A stretch of 64,000 bases of DNA from Spirochaetia bacterium (GTDB taxonomy: Bacteria; Spirochaetota; Spirochaetia; DSM-2461), in the NCBI GenBank assembly GCA_963666985.2, contig CAXXIA010000002.1:1216001-1280000 (forward strand), read 5' to 3'. Made by a program: the position numbers and the translations under genes. The notes beneath the pieces were generated by a model, which worked only from the letters and a program-made list of their open reading frames with translations, ran no database searches and was not told the DNA's origin. Each line of letters begins with the position of its first letter. Positions within the stretch are counted from its first letter, which is position 1. Of the stretch, positions 19,752-30,423 are shown piece after piece.

Positions 19752-21991
19752 TGAAACGCAATGAAGATTATCTTTCCATAATTGAAGATGATAACGGCGC
19801 TGTAATAAATCCGCCGGCGGAGCATTCGGATGACTTTTCATGGGATGTTCTTGTTGTGGATGATGAAAAATTGGTTCATGACGTTACGAAACTTGCATTA
19901 CGGAAAGAAAAAATCTTCGGCTGGCCCATAACCCTTCATCATGCATATTCGGGGAATGAAGGTTTGAAAATGATTCTGGGAGGTCAGCGGTTTGTTGTCG
20001 CGTTCATAGACGTTGTCATGGAAACGGAAGACGCCGGCCTTAAACTCGTTCAGGAAATTAGGAAACGGGGATATAATGACATCCGAATCATACTTCGGAC
20101 GGGGCAACCCGGATATGCTCCCGAACTCTCGGTCCTGACAGAATACGATATCAACGATTATCGGGTAAAAACCGAACTGACAAAAACAAAACTCATGTCG
20201 GTGCTTATATCGGCCGTCAGATCCTTTCGTCAGATTGATACCATTAATAATGCCCGCAAAGGACTTGAACTTATAATTAATGCCGCGTCGGATTTGTTTC
20301 AGCAGCAGAACATTGAAAAATTCAGCGAAGGAGTTTTAACGCAAATTTCTTCACTTCTCGGAGAGCATACCAGCGGATTCGTCAGCATTTCAACAAACAG
20401 CGACGAAAGCGATTCACATCTTCAAGACTATTTTGTCATATGCGGTACCGGAGTATTTGAGAGCTGCGGGGGGAAAAATCTCTCTGAAATCGATGATACG
20501 CAGATGAAGAATCATTTCAGCATGTCATTGACATTAAATAAACAAATTATTACCGCTGAAGACGGTTCTCTTGCCCTTTATATCACTTCCTATAAGGGGG
20601 GCAATGCTTTCATCTACATTAAAAGCGATTATGAATTATCCAATGACAACATCTCTTTACTAAAACTTTTCGGTATAAATATTTCGGCATGCTTTAACAA
20701 TATCAATCTGATTCAGAACCTCGACGCCATAGCCTTCACGGATATTGCAACCGGATTTCCTAATTTTAATGCATTAAAAAAGGAAATCTCTTTTGTCATT
20801 GAAGAAAAAAAACATTCCGTAGTTCTTTTATTAATTCACATAGACGGTCTTGGGAAAATGCTCAGTCTTTTCGGCACGAAAATCTTCAATCAGGTTGCCA
20901 ACGAAATCTATCTGAAATTGTCGGAATATCTTCCTCTGGCACGGATAATTACCCGCTCGGCCCGCGGCGACTTTGCCGTATTGCTGAATGAAAAAGACTT
21001 TGATCGAAAAAAAATTGAAGCCTTACGTTTTTTCCCCTTAAATGTGAATCAAAACGAATTACACTTAGCGACAACAATGGCTTCCGCTCAACTCCATGAA
21101 GAGGATCTGAATCCCGAAGACATTTTACAAAGAGCTATTTTAACGCTCATTATTGGGAAAGCCGAAAATCGCGGACATCTAACGGAATATAACGACACAA
21201 TCGCGGCAACGCTTAAAGATAGACTGAATATTCAGTATCATATACGCGAATCCTTCCGAAACGAATCTTCTCCGATTGAAGTTTTCCTTCAGCCGAAATT
21301 TGATATCTCCGCCGATAAGGTTGTCGGAGCGGAAGCACTCTCACGCTGGAAAATGAATGACACATACGTGTCTCCGGATATTTTTATTCCAATCATCGAA
21401 GAATCGGGATTGTCGATGATATTGACTGAATTTGTTTTAAAGGCAATTTCCGAATGGCAAAAGAGCAGACGGCAATCGGAATATCCTGTTATTCCTGTTT
21501 CGGTGAACTTATCCATGAAAGATATTCCGCAGCAGAATTTCGCGATTGAGCTGCTCAATCAAACGGACAACCTCGGCCTTACTCCGGAAATGATTGAATT
21601 TGAAATTACGGAAAACGTCATCATGTACAATCCCGAGCAGGCCATTATCGAACTGAATCAGATAAAATCGGCCGGATATAAAATCGCTTGTGATGATTTC
21701 GGAAAAGGTTATTCCTCCCTTTCTTATTTAAACAGACTTCCGATAGATATCATAAAAATCGACAGAGCCTTTATTACGCCGCTTCTTCCTGAGAACGCCT
21801 CACGAAGCATTGCGGCGACAATAATCGCCATGACCGCGAGTCTGGGCCTTGAAAACGTGGCCGAGGGTATAGAAACGGAAGAACATCATAAAGCGCTTGA
21901 AGTCTTAGGATGTAATATCTGCCAGGGATTTCTGTACGGGAAACCGGTTCATATTGATTCTTTTAACTCGGTTTTCTGTTCGGGGAAATAA
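19751..21991 (+). CDS. Response regulator with REC-DUF3369-degenerate GGDEF-EAL domains (c-di-GMP phosphodiesterase)
   Basis: REC motifs VDDE, IDVVME and ILRTGQPGYAPE. GGDEF site degenerate (SARGDF). Intact EAL motifs EAL, NLS, EITE, DDFGKGYSS, KIDR, EGIE and QGF. Start overlaps the kinase stop (TAATG). Confidence 0.9.
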   Translation: MKRNEDYLSIIEDDNGAVINPPAEHSDDFSWDVLVVDDEKLVHDVTKLALRKEKIFGWPITLHHAYSGNEGLKMILGGQRFVVAFIDVVMETEDAGLKLVQEIRKRGYNDIRIILRTGQPGYAPELSVLTEYDINDYRVKTELTKTKLMSVLISAVRSFRQIDTINNARKGLELIINAASDLFQQQNIEKFSEGVLTQISSLLGEHTSGFVSISTNSDESDSHLQDYFVICGTGVFESCGGKNLSEIDDTQMKNHFSMSLTLNKQIITAEDGSLALYITSYKGGNAFIYIKSDYELSNDNISLLKLFGINISACFNNINLIQNLDAIAFTDIATGFPNFNALKKEISFVIEEKKHSVVLLLIHIDGLGKMLSLFGTKIFNQVANEIYLKLSEYLPLARIITRSARGDFAVLLNEKDFDRKKIEALRFFPLNVNQNELHLATTMASAQLHEEDLNPEDILQRAILTLIIGKAENRGHLTEYNDTIAATLKDRLNIQYHIRESFRNESSPIEVFLQPKFDISADKVVGAEALSRWKMNDTYVSPDIFIPIIEESGLSMILTEFVLKAISEWQKSRRQSEYPVIPVSVNLSMKDIPQQNFAIELLNQTDNLGLTPEMIEFEITENVIMYNPEQAIIELNQIKSAGYKIACDDFGKGYSSLSYLNRLPIDIIKIDRAFITPLLPENASRSIAATIIAMTASLGLENVAEGIETEEHHKALEVLGCNICQGFLYGKPVHIDSFNSVFCSGK

Positions 21992-21993
21992 TT

Positions 21994-22737
21994 CTACCGA
22001 GGCTTTATGCCGGCAGAGTCCGCCTGTTTCCGCTCCGGAAGATTCTTACAGCCGCCCTCGGCTTCGATGGTTTGGTACATGATATTCCGAACATATTCGG
22101 ACATGTTGTGAACCATATCTCGGCGAGAAACACCTGCTTTACGAAAATCATCGGGATGGACGGCTTCACCGATAACAAAAAGCGTTTTAGGCGGCCACCA
22201 CGGAAATATTTTCCGTATAGGCCTTTCCTTCAGAACTTCCGTCAGCGGGAACACAGGAACATTGTTGAGAAACGCGAAGAAAAAAACGCCCTCCAGGAAG
22301 GGGCCCGGTTCCTGAGAACGCCAGCTAAGAACTCCTTCCGGATAGAAATGGACCAGCCAGTTCTTCTCCAAACCTTTTTTCACGAAGCCTGCGATACCCA
22401 TGGGATGATCGTCGGGTATGCCAAAGGCTCTCAGCAGACGTGTAAGCCAGCCGACATCCCTGCGGGTAACGTTATTCTCTTCGGCGCTGAACAAAATCTT
22501 TCGCGGCCAGAACGCGATAGCGCTCATACCGGGTTCGATGAACTGACAATGATTGGCCGCAATCATGCCGCGCCGAAAACCTTTAAGGTTCCGACGTCCT
22601 TTTACCCGCCATCCGAAGACCAGCGGACAGACGATAATCAGTACGGGAGATACGATAAGATAGTAGACGATGAAGCTGAGAACACGAAATCCCAGCGGAC
22701 CGTCCAATGAAGTTGGGACTTTTCTCATTCGGACCAT
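21994..22737 (-). CDS. Lysophospholipid acyltransferase (PlsC-like) family protein
   Basis: Motifs AANHCQFIE (HX4E variant), FYPEG and VPVFP. Confidence 0.8.
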   Translation of the reverse strand: MVRMRKVPTSLDGPLGFRVLSFIVYYLIVSPVLIIVCPLVFGWRVKGRRNLKGFRRGMIAANHCQFIEPGMSAIAFWPRKILFSAEENNVTRRDVGWLTRLLRAFGIPDDHPMGIAGFVKKGLEKNWLVHFYPEGVLSWRSQEPGPFLEGVFFFAFLNNVPVFPLTEVLKERPIRKIFPWWPPKTLFVIGEAVHPDDFRKAGVSRRDMVHNMSEYVRNIMYQTIEAEGGCKNLPERKQADSAGIKPR

Positions 22738-22755
22738 CCTTTCACATGATTCGGC

Positions 22756-23889
22756 TTATAAGACTTTTCGATCTTTCCAATCAAAACCGTGACCCGTTTT
22801 GTCGTCGTAGCAACTTTTCCAGGCCAATATCAAAACATAAAAAAACTGAACGGGATAGAAAAGCGGTACGTACCAGGGTAATCGTCTGTCGTAGAGAGTA
22901 ATTGCCCAGCCGAGAAGGATGCCGCCGTTCCCCGCCAGAATCCAGGGCGTTTCCGTCCACCCGAATATCAAAGAGAGCGGAATAAGGAAGGCCGGAACAA
23001 TCAAGAAACCTGTAATAAAAACAGACATAATCGCAAGCGGATAAACTTTCTTATCGAAATATTCGTAGATCGACCTCTTCAGACCGGCGACGGTATGCTT
23101 CCAGGATTCGTACATGTTTCCGGCCAGAACCTTTCTGGCGTCCAGGAACACATGTTTGTACCCCGCCGATTTCACCGCCCTCGCCATCTGGATGTCTTCC
23201 AGAATTTTGTCTTTAACGACTTCGAATCCCCCAAGTCCTTCATAGGCTTCCCGGCGAAAAACCATCAATTGACCGATGGCATGACTTATTAAAGGAGTCT
23301 TCAATCGCTTGATAAGCCAGAACGGAAGAAAGGTGAAATTCACAAGGTACATCAGCGGAAAAAAGATATATTCCTTGAAACTATTGGCCCGATGACGCGC
23401 GTATGCGGACATCGAATCGGTTCCATGCCGATGCATTCTCTCCGCCGTCCAGGAAAGGAAATCCGTTGCAGGCATAATGTCGGCGTCCAGAAAAACAAAG
23501 ATTTCGCCCTCAGCTTTTTCGGCCAGCTGTGTCATCGCATAGGGTTTGCCCTTCCATCCCTCCACAAGAGGCCGACCTTTAATAATGCGGACTCGATTGT
23601 CGCCGGCGGCATATTCCTCAAGAATATTCCAGGTTCCGTCGGTTGAATTGTCATCAATTACAAGAACTTCATAGTCCTTGTAATCCTGTTTGAGAATGGC
23701 ATCAAGTGTCGGACGAATCCTGTGCTCTTCATTTCTTGCGGGAATGAGTACGGAGATTTTAGGCCCGTCAAGCAGGCGTTTCCGCCGCCGGGACAGCCGA
23801 AAATAAACGGCATTGGATGAACCGATAAGAACGAACCAACATCCCGCGACGACCAGAAAGAACGCGTACCACGCCAGAAAAGTATGCAT
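22756..23889 (-). CDS. Membrane-bound glycosyltransferase family 2
   Basis: Motifs SVLIPARNEE, DDNSTDGT, GWKGKPYA, FLDAD and ILEDI; N- and C-terminal TM helices. Confidence 0.9.
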   Translation of the reverse strand: MHTFLAWYAFFLVVAGCWFVLIGSSNAVYFRLSRRRKRLLDGPKISVLIPARNEEHRIRPTLDAILKQDYKDYEVLVIDDNSTDGTWNILEEYAAGDNRVRIIKGRPLVEGWKGKPYAMTQLAEKAEGEIFVFLDADIMPATDFLSWTAERMHRHGTDSMSAYARHRANSFKEYIFFPLMYLVNFTFLPFWLIKRLKTPLISHAIGQLMVFRREAYEGLGGFEVVKDKILEDIQMARAVKSAGYKHVFLDARKVLAGNMYESWKHTVAGLKRSIYEYFDKKVYPLAIMSVFITGFLIVPAFLIPLSLIFGWTETPWILAGNGGILLGWAITLYDRRLPWYVPLFYPVQFFYVLILAWKSCYDDKTGHGFDWKDRKVL

Positions 23890-23935
23890 CTTCAACTATA
23901 TTACCATATCCGGAACGCTGGGCCAAATATTCATG

Positions 23936-24763
23936 TTATTGACCGCCGGCTTCGCTGAGTTCCAGCATGGCCGCCGCGTAAATATTTCCCGGATAGAAGG
24001 TTAATGCCTCACGAAAATAAGGTATGGCCTCGTCCCATCTGCCGGCCATGGTGTGGGCGAAACCGATACCTACGGCCGCGTTATGCCGATCTTCCCTATC
24101 CAGGCCTCCGAGGGCCTTTATCTCCTCAAGCATCGCGATTCCCCGATCCGGATCCCCGCCCCAAATGGACGGTGAATAGACATAGCGGGACGCCAAAATC
24201 ATACGAGCCTTCGGGTCGTCCGGATTCAAGGATACCGCCTCTTCGGCAAGCGGCTGGATTTTCGGTCCGTTGGACATGAGGAATCCGAGGGTTTTCAGCG
24301 TGGAAAGCTGACTTAAGCATTCGACATAAAGCCGTACGCTTCGAGCATTACGGCCGTCGGCCATGGATGCTTCGGCAAGATCCATGGACTCTTCATAAAG
24401 CGCGATGATGTCATCCAGCCGTGAATAACTCTTTTGAAGCTTTTTGAACTTTCCGCGGCGCAGATCGTCATCCTGGTCCAGAACCTCCCCTACAGTATCC
24501 AAAGCCTGGAATCCCCGAGCCATGTAATAAGAGGCTTCGGCCATCCAAAACGCCTTTTGCTGTTCGGTCAGCGCCAAATCTCCCAGATCCGCGCGAAGAA
24601 TACGAAAATCTCGATAGAGTTCATCATCGTCAATCCGCTGGAGGTACATTGCATCCCTGAAAACCGCGACGAGAGCCGCCGCATCGTTTTCGGGATTGAT
24701 TTGCTGAGCCATAAGCGTAACGGGGAAAAGCAGAAACATCAGGGGGACAAATCTTTGAAACAT
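23936..24763 (-). CDS. Exported tetratricopeptide-repeat protein
   Basis: Signal peptide (MFQRFVPLMFLLFPVTLMA) and a C-terminal TPR (IGFAHTMAGRWDEAIPYFREALTFYPGN). Confidence 0.75.
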   Translation of the reverse strand: MFQRFVPLMFLLFPVTLMAQQINPENDAAALVAVFRDAMYLQRIDDDELYRDFRILRADLGDLALTEQQKAFWMAEASYYMARGFQALDTVGEVLDQDDDLRRGKFKKLQKSYSRLDDIIALYEESMDLAEASMADGRNARSVRLYVECLSQLSTLKTLGFLMSNGPKIQPLAEEAVSLNPDDPKARMILASRYVYSPSIWGGDPDRGIAMLEEIKALGGLDREDRHNAAVGIGFAHTMAGRWDEAIPYFREALTFYPGNIYAAAMLELSEAGGQ

Positions 24764-24891
24764 AGAACTCAAAGATATAACTCGAATCGGAAGATCACAA
24801 GATTATGCCTTATTACCCGTATTACAATCTTGAAACCATCAATCCCGCAAGACCCTTAACGAGTTCTCCCTAACCCGATATCATCCACCTT

Positions 24892-27411
24892 ATGAGCAGC
24901 TATCCGTTTAACGTAATTGAACCTAAATGGCAGAAGTACTGGGAGGACAACAAAACGTTCCGATCCTCCGAAGATGAGAGCATCCCCGCTGAAAAGCGAC
25001 GTTATATCCTGGACATGTTTCCCTACCCTTCCGGCGCCGGACTGCACGTAGGTCATCCGGAAGGCTACACCGCGACCGACATTTACTGCCGGTATCTCAG
25101 GATGAACGGTTATTCCGTTCTCCATCCCATGGGATACGATTCCTTCGGTCTCCCGGCGGAAAACTACGCCATCAAAACCGGTACGCCTCCGCGAAGCACG
25201 ACCGAGGCGAATATAGAGCATTTTACAAAACAGATTAAAAGCCTGGGCTTCAGTTACGACTGGGACCGGGAAGTCCGAACCCATACTCCCGAATACTACC
25301 GCTGGACCCAGTGGATTTTCCTCCAGCTCTTTAAAAAAGGACTCGCTTATGAGTCGGACATGCCCATCAATTGGTGTTCCAGCTGCAAAACGGGCCTGGC
25401 CAACGAAGAGGTTAAGGACGGAAAATGCGAACGGTGCGGCCAACTGGTTGAACGCCGAAACCTGCGGCAATGGGTTCTGAAAATCACCTCCTACGCCGAA
25501 CAGCTTTTGGAAGACTTGGATCAACTCGACTGGCCGGAGTCCATCAAGGCGATGCAGCGCAACTGGATAGGCCGTTCCGAAGGCGCCAATGTTACATTCG
25601 CCCTTTCCGGCGATGCCGCGGCCCATGGGCACATAGAAGTCTACACCACTCGGCCGGACACCCTTTTCGGAGCCACCTACATGGTTCTGGCTCCGGAACA
25701 TCATCTGGTGCAAAAAATCACAACCGATGAACAGCGGCCGGCCGTGGATGCCTACATTGAAAAAGCCAGCTATAAAAGCGATTTGGAACGGACCGATCTT
25801 GCCAAGGATAAAACCGGTGTGTTCACCGGCGCCTACGCGGTGAATCCGGTTAACGGTGAGAAAATCCCCGTATGGATCTCCGACTACATCCTCATTTCCT
25901 ACGGAACCGGCGCCATCATGGCGGTTCCGGCCCACGATCAGCGGGACTGGGAGTTCGCCAAGGAATTCGGACTTCCCATCATAGAAGTCCTCCGGGGCGG
26001 TGATGTTGAAGCGGAAGCGTTCACCGGCGACGGCCCACACGTCAATTCAGGATATCTGGATGGTATGGGAAAACAGGAAGCCATCGATGCCGTCATTGCA
26101 AAGCTTCAAAAAGACGATGTCGGCTTCAAGACGATCAACTATAAACTTCGCGATTGGATTTTCAGCCGTCAGCGCTACTGGGGCGAGCCCATTCCTTTGG
26201 TGCACTGCCCCAAATGCGGCATTGTACCGGTTCCTGAAGACCAGCTGCCGCTGACTCTGCCGGAAGTCAAAAGCTATGAACCCTCTGGGACCGGTGAAAG
26301 TCCTCTGGCCGTTATCGACGAATGGGTGAACTGTGAATGCCCGGTCTGCGGCTCTCCGGCGAAGCGGGAAACCAACACCATGCCGCAATGGGCCGGTTCC
26401 TGCTGGTATTTCCTGCGCTTTCTGGATCCGAAGAACACCGAATGTTTTGTCGATCCCAAAAAAGAACAATACTGGATGCCCGTAGACCTCTACGTCGGCG
26501 GCGCCGAACACGCGGTGCTCCATCTGCTCTATGCACGGTTCTGGCACAAGGTGCTCTACGACATTGGCGCGGTTTCCACCAAGGAGCCCTTCCAGCGCTT
26601 AATCAACCAGGGAATGATCACGTCTTTTGCCTACATGCGGAAAGATAAAACCCTTGTTCCCGTGGACGAAGTGGAAATCAGCGGAGAAACCTACACGGAA
26701 AAAGCCACGGGCGAGAACTTGGAACAGGTTGTCGCCAAGATGTCCAAGAGTCTGAAGAACGTTATCAATCCGGACGACATCATCCGGGACTTCGGCGCCG
26801 ACTCCATGCGGATGTACGAAATGTTCATGGGTCCTTTGGAAGTTTCCATGCCTTGGCAGACCCAAGGGCTGGCAGGCGTTCATCGTTTTCTGAATCGTGT
26901 CTGGGATGTTGCGAACCGGCCCATGGACGACGGAGAACCGCCGGCGGACCTGACGAAGGTTCTTCACAAAACCCTGAAGAAGGTCGGTACGGACACATCG
27001 ACTCTGAATTTCAACACGGCCATCGCTCAAATGATGATTTTTGTTAACGAAGTTTTTAAGGAAAAGGTCTGCTGGCGCAGGCTCTGGGAACCGTTTGTTC
27101 TTGTTCTGGCTCCTTATGCACCTCATCTGGCGGAAGAAATGTGGGCCATGATCGGGCATCAGGACTCATTGGCGTATGAAACCTATCCGATTTGGGATGA
27201 TGAGCTGGCGGCGGACGACGAAAAAGAAATCGTTCTCCAGATTAACGGAAAAGTCCGCTCAAAAATCACCCTGCCGGCGGGCACCGATAAAACAGAACTG
27301 GAGCGCTTGGCCCGGGCCGATGAAAAAATCGTCGAATGGATTGAAGGAAAAACCGTGCTGAAGGTTATCGCCGTTCCCGACAGGCTCGTAAACTTCGTCG
27401 TGAAAGGCTGA
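24892..27411 (+). CDS. leuS: Leucine--tRNA ligase
   Basis: Motifs [14 protein letters not shown] (HIGH), [21 protein letters not shown] and KMSKS. Confidence 0.98.
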   Translation: MSSYPFNVIEPKWQKYWEDNKTFRSSEDESIPAEKRRYILDMFPYPSGAGLHVGHPEGYTATDIYCRYLRMNGYSVLHPMGYDSFGLPAENYAIKTGTPPRSTTEANIEHFTKQIKSLGFSYDWDREVRTHTPEYYRWTQWIFLQLFKKGLAYESDMPINWCSSCKTGLANEEVKDGKCERCGQLVERRNLRQWVLKITSYAEQLLEDLDQLDWPESIKAMQRNWIGRSEGANVTFALSGDAAAHGHIEVYTTRPDTLFGATYMVLAPEHHLVQKITTDEQRPAVDAYIEKASYKSDLERTDLAKDKTGVFTGAYAVNPVNGEKIPVWISDYILISYGTGAIMAVPAHDQRDWEFAKEFGLPIIEVLRGGDVEAEAFTGDGPHVNSGYLDGMGKQEAIDAVIAKLQKDDVGFKTINYKLRDWIFSRQRYWGEPIPLVHCPKCGIVPVPEDQLPLTLPEVKSYEPSGTGESPLAVIDEWVNCECPVCGSPAKRETNTMPQWAGSCWYFLRFLDPKNTECFVDPKKEQYWMPVDLYVGGAEHAVLHLLYARFWHKVLYDIGAVSTKEPFQRLINQGMITSFAYMRKDKTLVPVDEVEISGETYTEKATGENLEQVVAKMSKSLKNVINPDDIIRDFGADSMRMYEMFMGPLEVSMPWQTQGLAGVHRFLNRVWDVANRPMDDGEPPADLTKVLHKTLKKVGTDTSTLNFNTAIAQMMIFVNEVFKEKVCWRRLWEPFVLVLAPYAPHLAEEMWAMIGHQDSLAYETYPIWDDELAADDEKEIVLQINGKVRSKITLPAGTDKTELERLARADEKIVEWIEGKTVLKVIAVPDRLVNFVVKG

Positions 27412-27434
27412 AGTCGGATGAAGTCGGATGAAAA

Positions 27435-27462
27435 TCGCCTGAAAATCAGCCTTTTCAGGCGA
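27435..27462 (+). terminator. Hairpin downstream of leuS
   Basis: TCGCCTGAAAA-N6-TTTTCAGGCGA, 11-bp perfect stem, preceded by the tandem repeat TGAAGTCGGA x2. No U-tract after the stem. Confidence 0.5.
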
Positions 27463-27781
27463 CAGAGGAATTCCGGCGGCCGCTTATCGCGAGAAACTCC
27501 TTCTCCTACGGCCGTATCCGTATAAGAAGGTTCCATGATGGGGAATCTCCCGCAAGCTCTTTTCGTTCTTGGTATCATCAGGCAGCGGCGGAGCACCGGC
27601 CCGGCGGACTCATGACGAACGTATCGGCACGACTCTTTCAGTGAAAAACCCAAGACGCTTTGAATGCCGCTTCAAAAAAGCGGACTCACGGTACATCAGG
27701 CGAATAATTTCCGAAAGAAATCTCGGTTCTTATAGGGAAATAAGGTAACATAATTCACCCAAACAATTTGAATTGAGAACG

Positions 27782-30034
27782 ATGACTAAAAACTGGATAC
27801 AAGAAGAAAACGGAACAAAGATAATACGCAGTACGGCGCGGACAGGTCCCGGCTGTCATCAAGGATGCGGGGTTCTGCTGCATGTCAAAGACGGCAGGCT
27901 TATTAAAGTCGAAGGCAATCCGGAATTCCCTTTCAGTCGGGGACGGCTCTGTCCCCGCTGTCTGGCGCTTCCCGAAGTTGTGTATCATCCCGACAGACTC
28001 ACCGCACCGTTAAAAAGAATGGGAAAAAGAGGCGAGGACAAATGGAAAGAAATCTCCTGGGACGAGGCGCTTGATACCATTGCCGAAAAACTCAAAGGGT
28101 ACAAAGCCGAATATGGAGCGGAGTCGGTTCTTTTCTGCACCGGCACACAGCGGGACATCGGCTCCTATTTGAACCGGCTGGCCACTTCATTCGGCAGTCC
28201 TCATACCCTGACCTTCGGTCCGCTGCTCGGACATGCATGCTACTTGCCGAGACTGGCGACATCGCTCGCGGTTATGGGCTCCTTCGCCGTCGCCGACTGC
28301 TCTCAGTATTTCCCCGACCGTTTCGAGAATCCTCAATGGAAAAGACCGGAATGCATCGTCGTCTGGGGCGCGTCGGTTACCGAGGCCGGTTCGGACGGTT
28401 TCATGGGCCACTGGATTACCGAATGCATGAAGCGGGGCACGGAACTCATCGTTATCGATCCCCGAAGAACCTGGATTGCCTCACGGGCCCGGATTTGGCT
28501 GAAGATTCGTCCCGGCACGGATGCGGCTCTGGCCCTCGGCTTCATCAACATCCTTATCGGAGAAAAGCTTTATGATGAACCTTTCGTTACGAAGTGGACT
28601 CATGGCTTTGAAGATCTCAAGAAACGTGCCGAGGAATACACGCCTGAACGGGTTTCGGAGATAACCTGGATTCCAAAAGAACAAATCATCGCGGCGGCAA
28701 GAATGTATGCCGCATCCAAACCGGCGGCGGTTCACTGGGGGGTTGGTTTCGATCAAACCAAGGAATGCGTACCGGCCGCTCACGCCGCCCTCAGCCTGTG
28801 GGCCTTAACCGGCAATATCGACGTGCCGGGCGGAAATATCTTTACCGGAAGAAACTTCGACTTTAATGCGTTCTACAGATGGCCCGATATCCGCCTTCCG
28901 GAAGAACAGAGGGAAAAGGCCTGCGGCATTAAAGATTACCCCATGCTCCGCATGATGAACCATTACATGGGAGACGCCGTCCTTGATCAGATGATCTCCG
29001 GAAAGCCCTATCCGATGAAGGCCGCCTGGATTGAAGGGACCAATACGTTCGTCTGCGGATCCGGAAACTCCAAGCGAACCTATGAAGCCTTCAAAAAAAT
29101 GGAATTCGTTACGGTGGTTGATCTCTTCATGACCCCCACGGCCATGGCGTTTGCCGATATTATTCTTCCCGCGGCAACGTATCCGGAACGGGACGGCATC
29201 GCCGTCATGGACGGTCATAACTATCTGGCGGCAATCAATAAAGCCATCGAGCCGATAGGCCGCTGTAAACCCGATACAGAAATCCTTCTTGAAATGGGCA
29301 AACGCCTGGCTCCCGAATACTGGCCGTGGAATAACGTTCGGGAAATGTTTGACGCCATGCTTGCCCATACGGGAAAATCCTTCGAATCCCTGCGGGAAGA
29401 AGACGCCGCCTATGATGAATTTGTTTATCAGAAACATGAAAAAGGGCTTCTTCGTCCCGACGGCAGGCCCGGCTTCAATACTCCAAGCGGAAAAATCGAA
29501 CTCTATTCGAAGAATTTTGAACAATGGAATCTCGATCCTCTTCCCTATTTCGAAGAACCGCCGGAGAGTCCGGTAAGCACGCCCGAGATTGCCGAGAAAT
29601 ATCCTTACGTACTCACCACAGGAGGAAGAACAATCGCGTTCTTCGCCTCCGAGCAAAGGCAAATCCCCTCTCTCAGAAAACTCAATCCGGATCCTCTTGT
29701 TGAGATTCATCCGGAAACGGCGGCCCGGCATGGAATAAACGACGGAGACTGGGTTTACATTGAGAACGCATACGGCCGCTGTACCCAACGGGCTAAAATT
29801 ACCACCGGGATTGATCCTCAAGTCGTTCACGCACAGCACGGCTGGTGGTTTCCCGAAAAAAACGGAGCCGAGCCGGAACTCTTCGGAGCCTGGGAATCCA
29901 ACATCAATCTTCTCCTCCCGTCCGGATGGACGGGCCGGTCGGGAATCGGCTATCCCTTCAAGGCGATGATGTGCGGGATTTCGAAGAATAACGAAAAATC
30001 CGGCGGAACCATGCGGAAGAAAGAAGGAAGCTGA
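27782..30034 (+). CDS. Molybdopterin (bis-PGD) oxidoreductase catalytic subunit, catechol-dehydroxylase/acetylene-hydratase-like clade
   Basis: N-terminus GPGCHQGCG...GRLCPRC, Cys ligand region GHACYLPR, IRPGTDAALA, ADIILPA, GFNTPSGKIEL and VEIHPETA. No Tat signal. Confidence 0.9.
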   Translation: MTKNWIQEENGTKIIRSTARTGPGCHQGCGVLLHVKDGRLIKVEGNPEFPFSRGRLCPRCLALPEVVYHPDRLTAPLKRMGKRGEDKWKEISWDEALDTIAEKLKGYKAEYGAESVLFCTGTQRDIGSYLNRLATSFGSPHTLTFGPLLGHACYLPRLATSLAVMGSFAVADCSQYFPDRFENPQWKRPECIVVWGASVTEAGSDGFMGHWITECMKRGTELIVIDPRRTWIASRARIWLKIRPGTDAALALGFINILIGEKLYDEPFVTKWTHGFEDLKKRAEEYTPERVSEITWIPKEQIIAAARMYAASKPAAVHWGVGFDQTKECVPAAHAALSLWALTGNIDVPGGNIFTGRNFDFNAFYRWPDIRLPEEQREKACGIKDYPMLRMMNHYMGDAVLDQMISGKPYPMKAAWIEGTNTFVCGSGNSKRTYEAFKKMEFVTVVDLFMTPTAMAFADIILPAATYPERDGIAVMDGHNYLAAINKAIEPIGRCKPDTEILLEMGKRLAPEYWPWNNVREMFDAMLAHTGKSFESLREEDAAYDEFVYQKHEKGLLRPDGRPGFNTPSGKIELYSKNFEQWNLDPLPYFEEPPESPVSTPEIAEKYPYVLTTGGRTIAFFASEQRQIPSLRKLNPDPLVEIHPETAARHGINDGDWVYIENAYGRCTQRAKITTGIDPQVVHAQHGWWFPEKNGAEPELFGAWESNINLLLPSGWTGRSGIGYPFKAMMCGISKNNEKSGGTMRKKEGS

Positions 30035-30035
30035 T

Positions 30036-30362
30036 ATGGCAAAATTTGGATTCCTGATTGATTACGGCTTGTGCATCGGCTGCCGCGGATGCGAAATAGC
30101 CTGCCGAAAGGAACATAACAGACCGGAGGGAGAGTCCGGCATTGTCGTGAAGAAAATTGAAGCGGATGAAAACGGCGGCAAGCCCGTCTTCTTACCTTTT
30201 CATACGGAAAAATGCAATTTGTGCGGCAAAAGAATCTCCCAAGGGAAACGTCCGGCCTGTGTTCATAACTGCTGGGGACAAGTACTGACTTTCGGAAAAA
30301 TCGAGGAACTGGCGGAACTTATGAAAGGGAAAAAAAGAGTTGTCCTTTCGGCTCCTCGATAA
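30036..30362 (+). CDS. Small 4Fe-4S subunit of the Mo enzyme
   Basis: LIDYGLCIGCRGCEIAC ... CNLC ... PACVHNC; a short (108 aa) DmsB-like protein. Confidence 0.88.
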   Translation: MAKFGFLIDYGLCIGCRGCEIACRKEHNRPEGESGIVVKKIEADENGGKPVFLPFHTEKCNLCGKRISQGKRPACVHNCWGQVLTFGKIEELAELMKGKKRVVLSAPR

Positions 30363-30423
30363 AAGCCGCGCTGAAAGAAACAGTTCTTTATTTAAGAGAA
30401 AATCGAATCCTCCGGAAAAGGGC

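Noticed and set aside
24856..27159. Long antisense ORFs (394, 166 and 186 aa) opposite leuS; similar ones opposite the Mo enzymes, aroF-pheA and the nucleotidase
   Set aside because: Shadow frames expected from codon bias in GC-rich genes; no motifs, and fully overlapped by confident genes.
27409..27450. Tandem TGAAGTCGGA repeat after leuS as an att site or CRISPR remnant
   Set aside because: Only two adjacent copies with no spacer; no second copy noticed at the far end of the island, and no integrase or cas gene.
27463..27781. Possible Moco/Wco or fluoride riboswitch upstream of Mo enzyme 1
   Set aside because: Conserved motif blocks could not be matched by eye; an Rfam scan would be needed.
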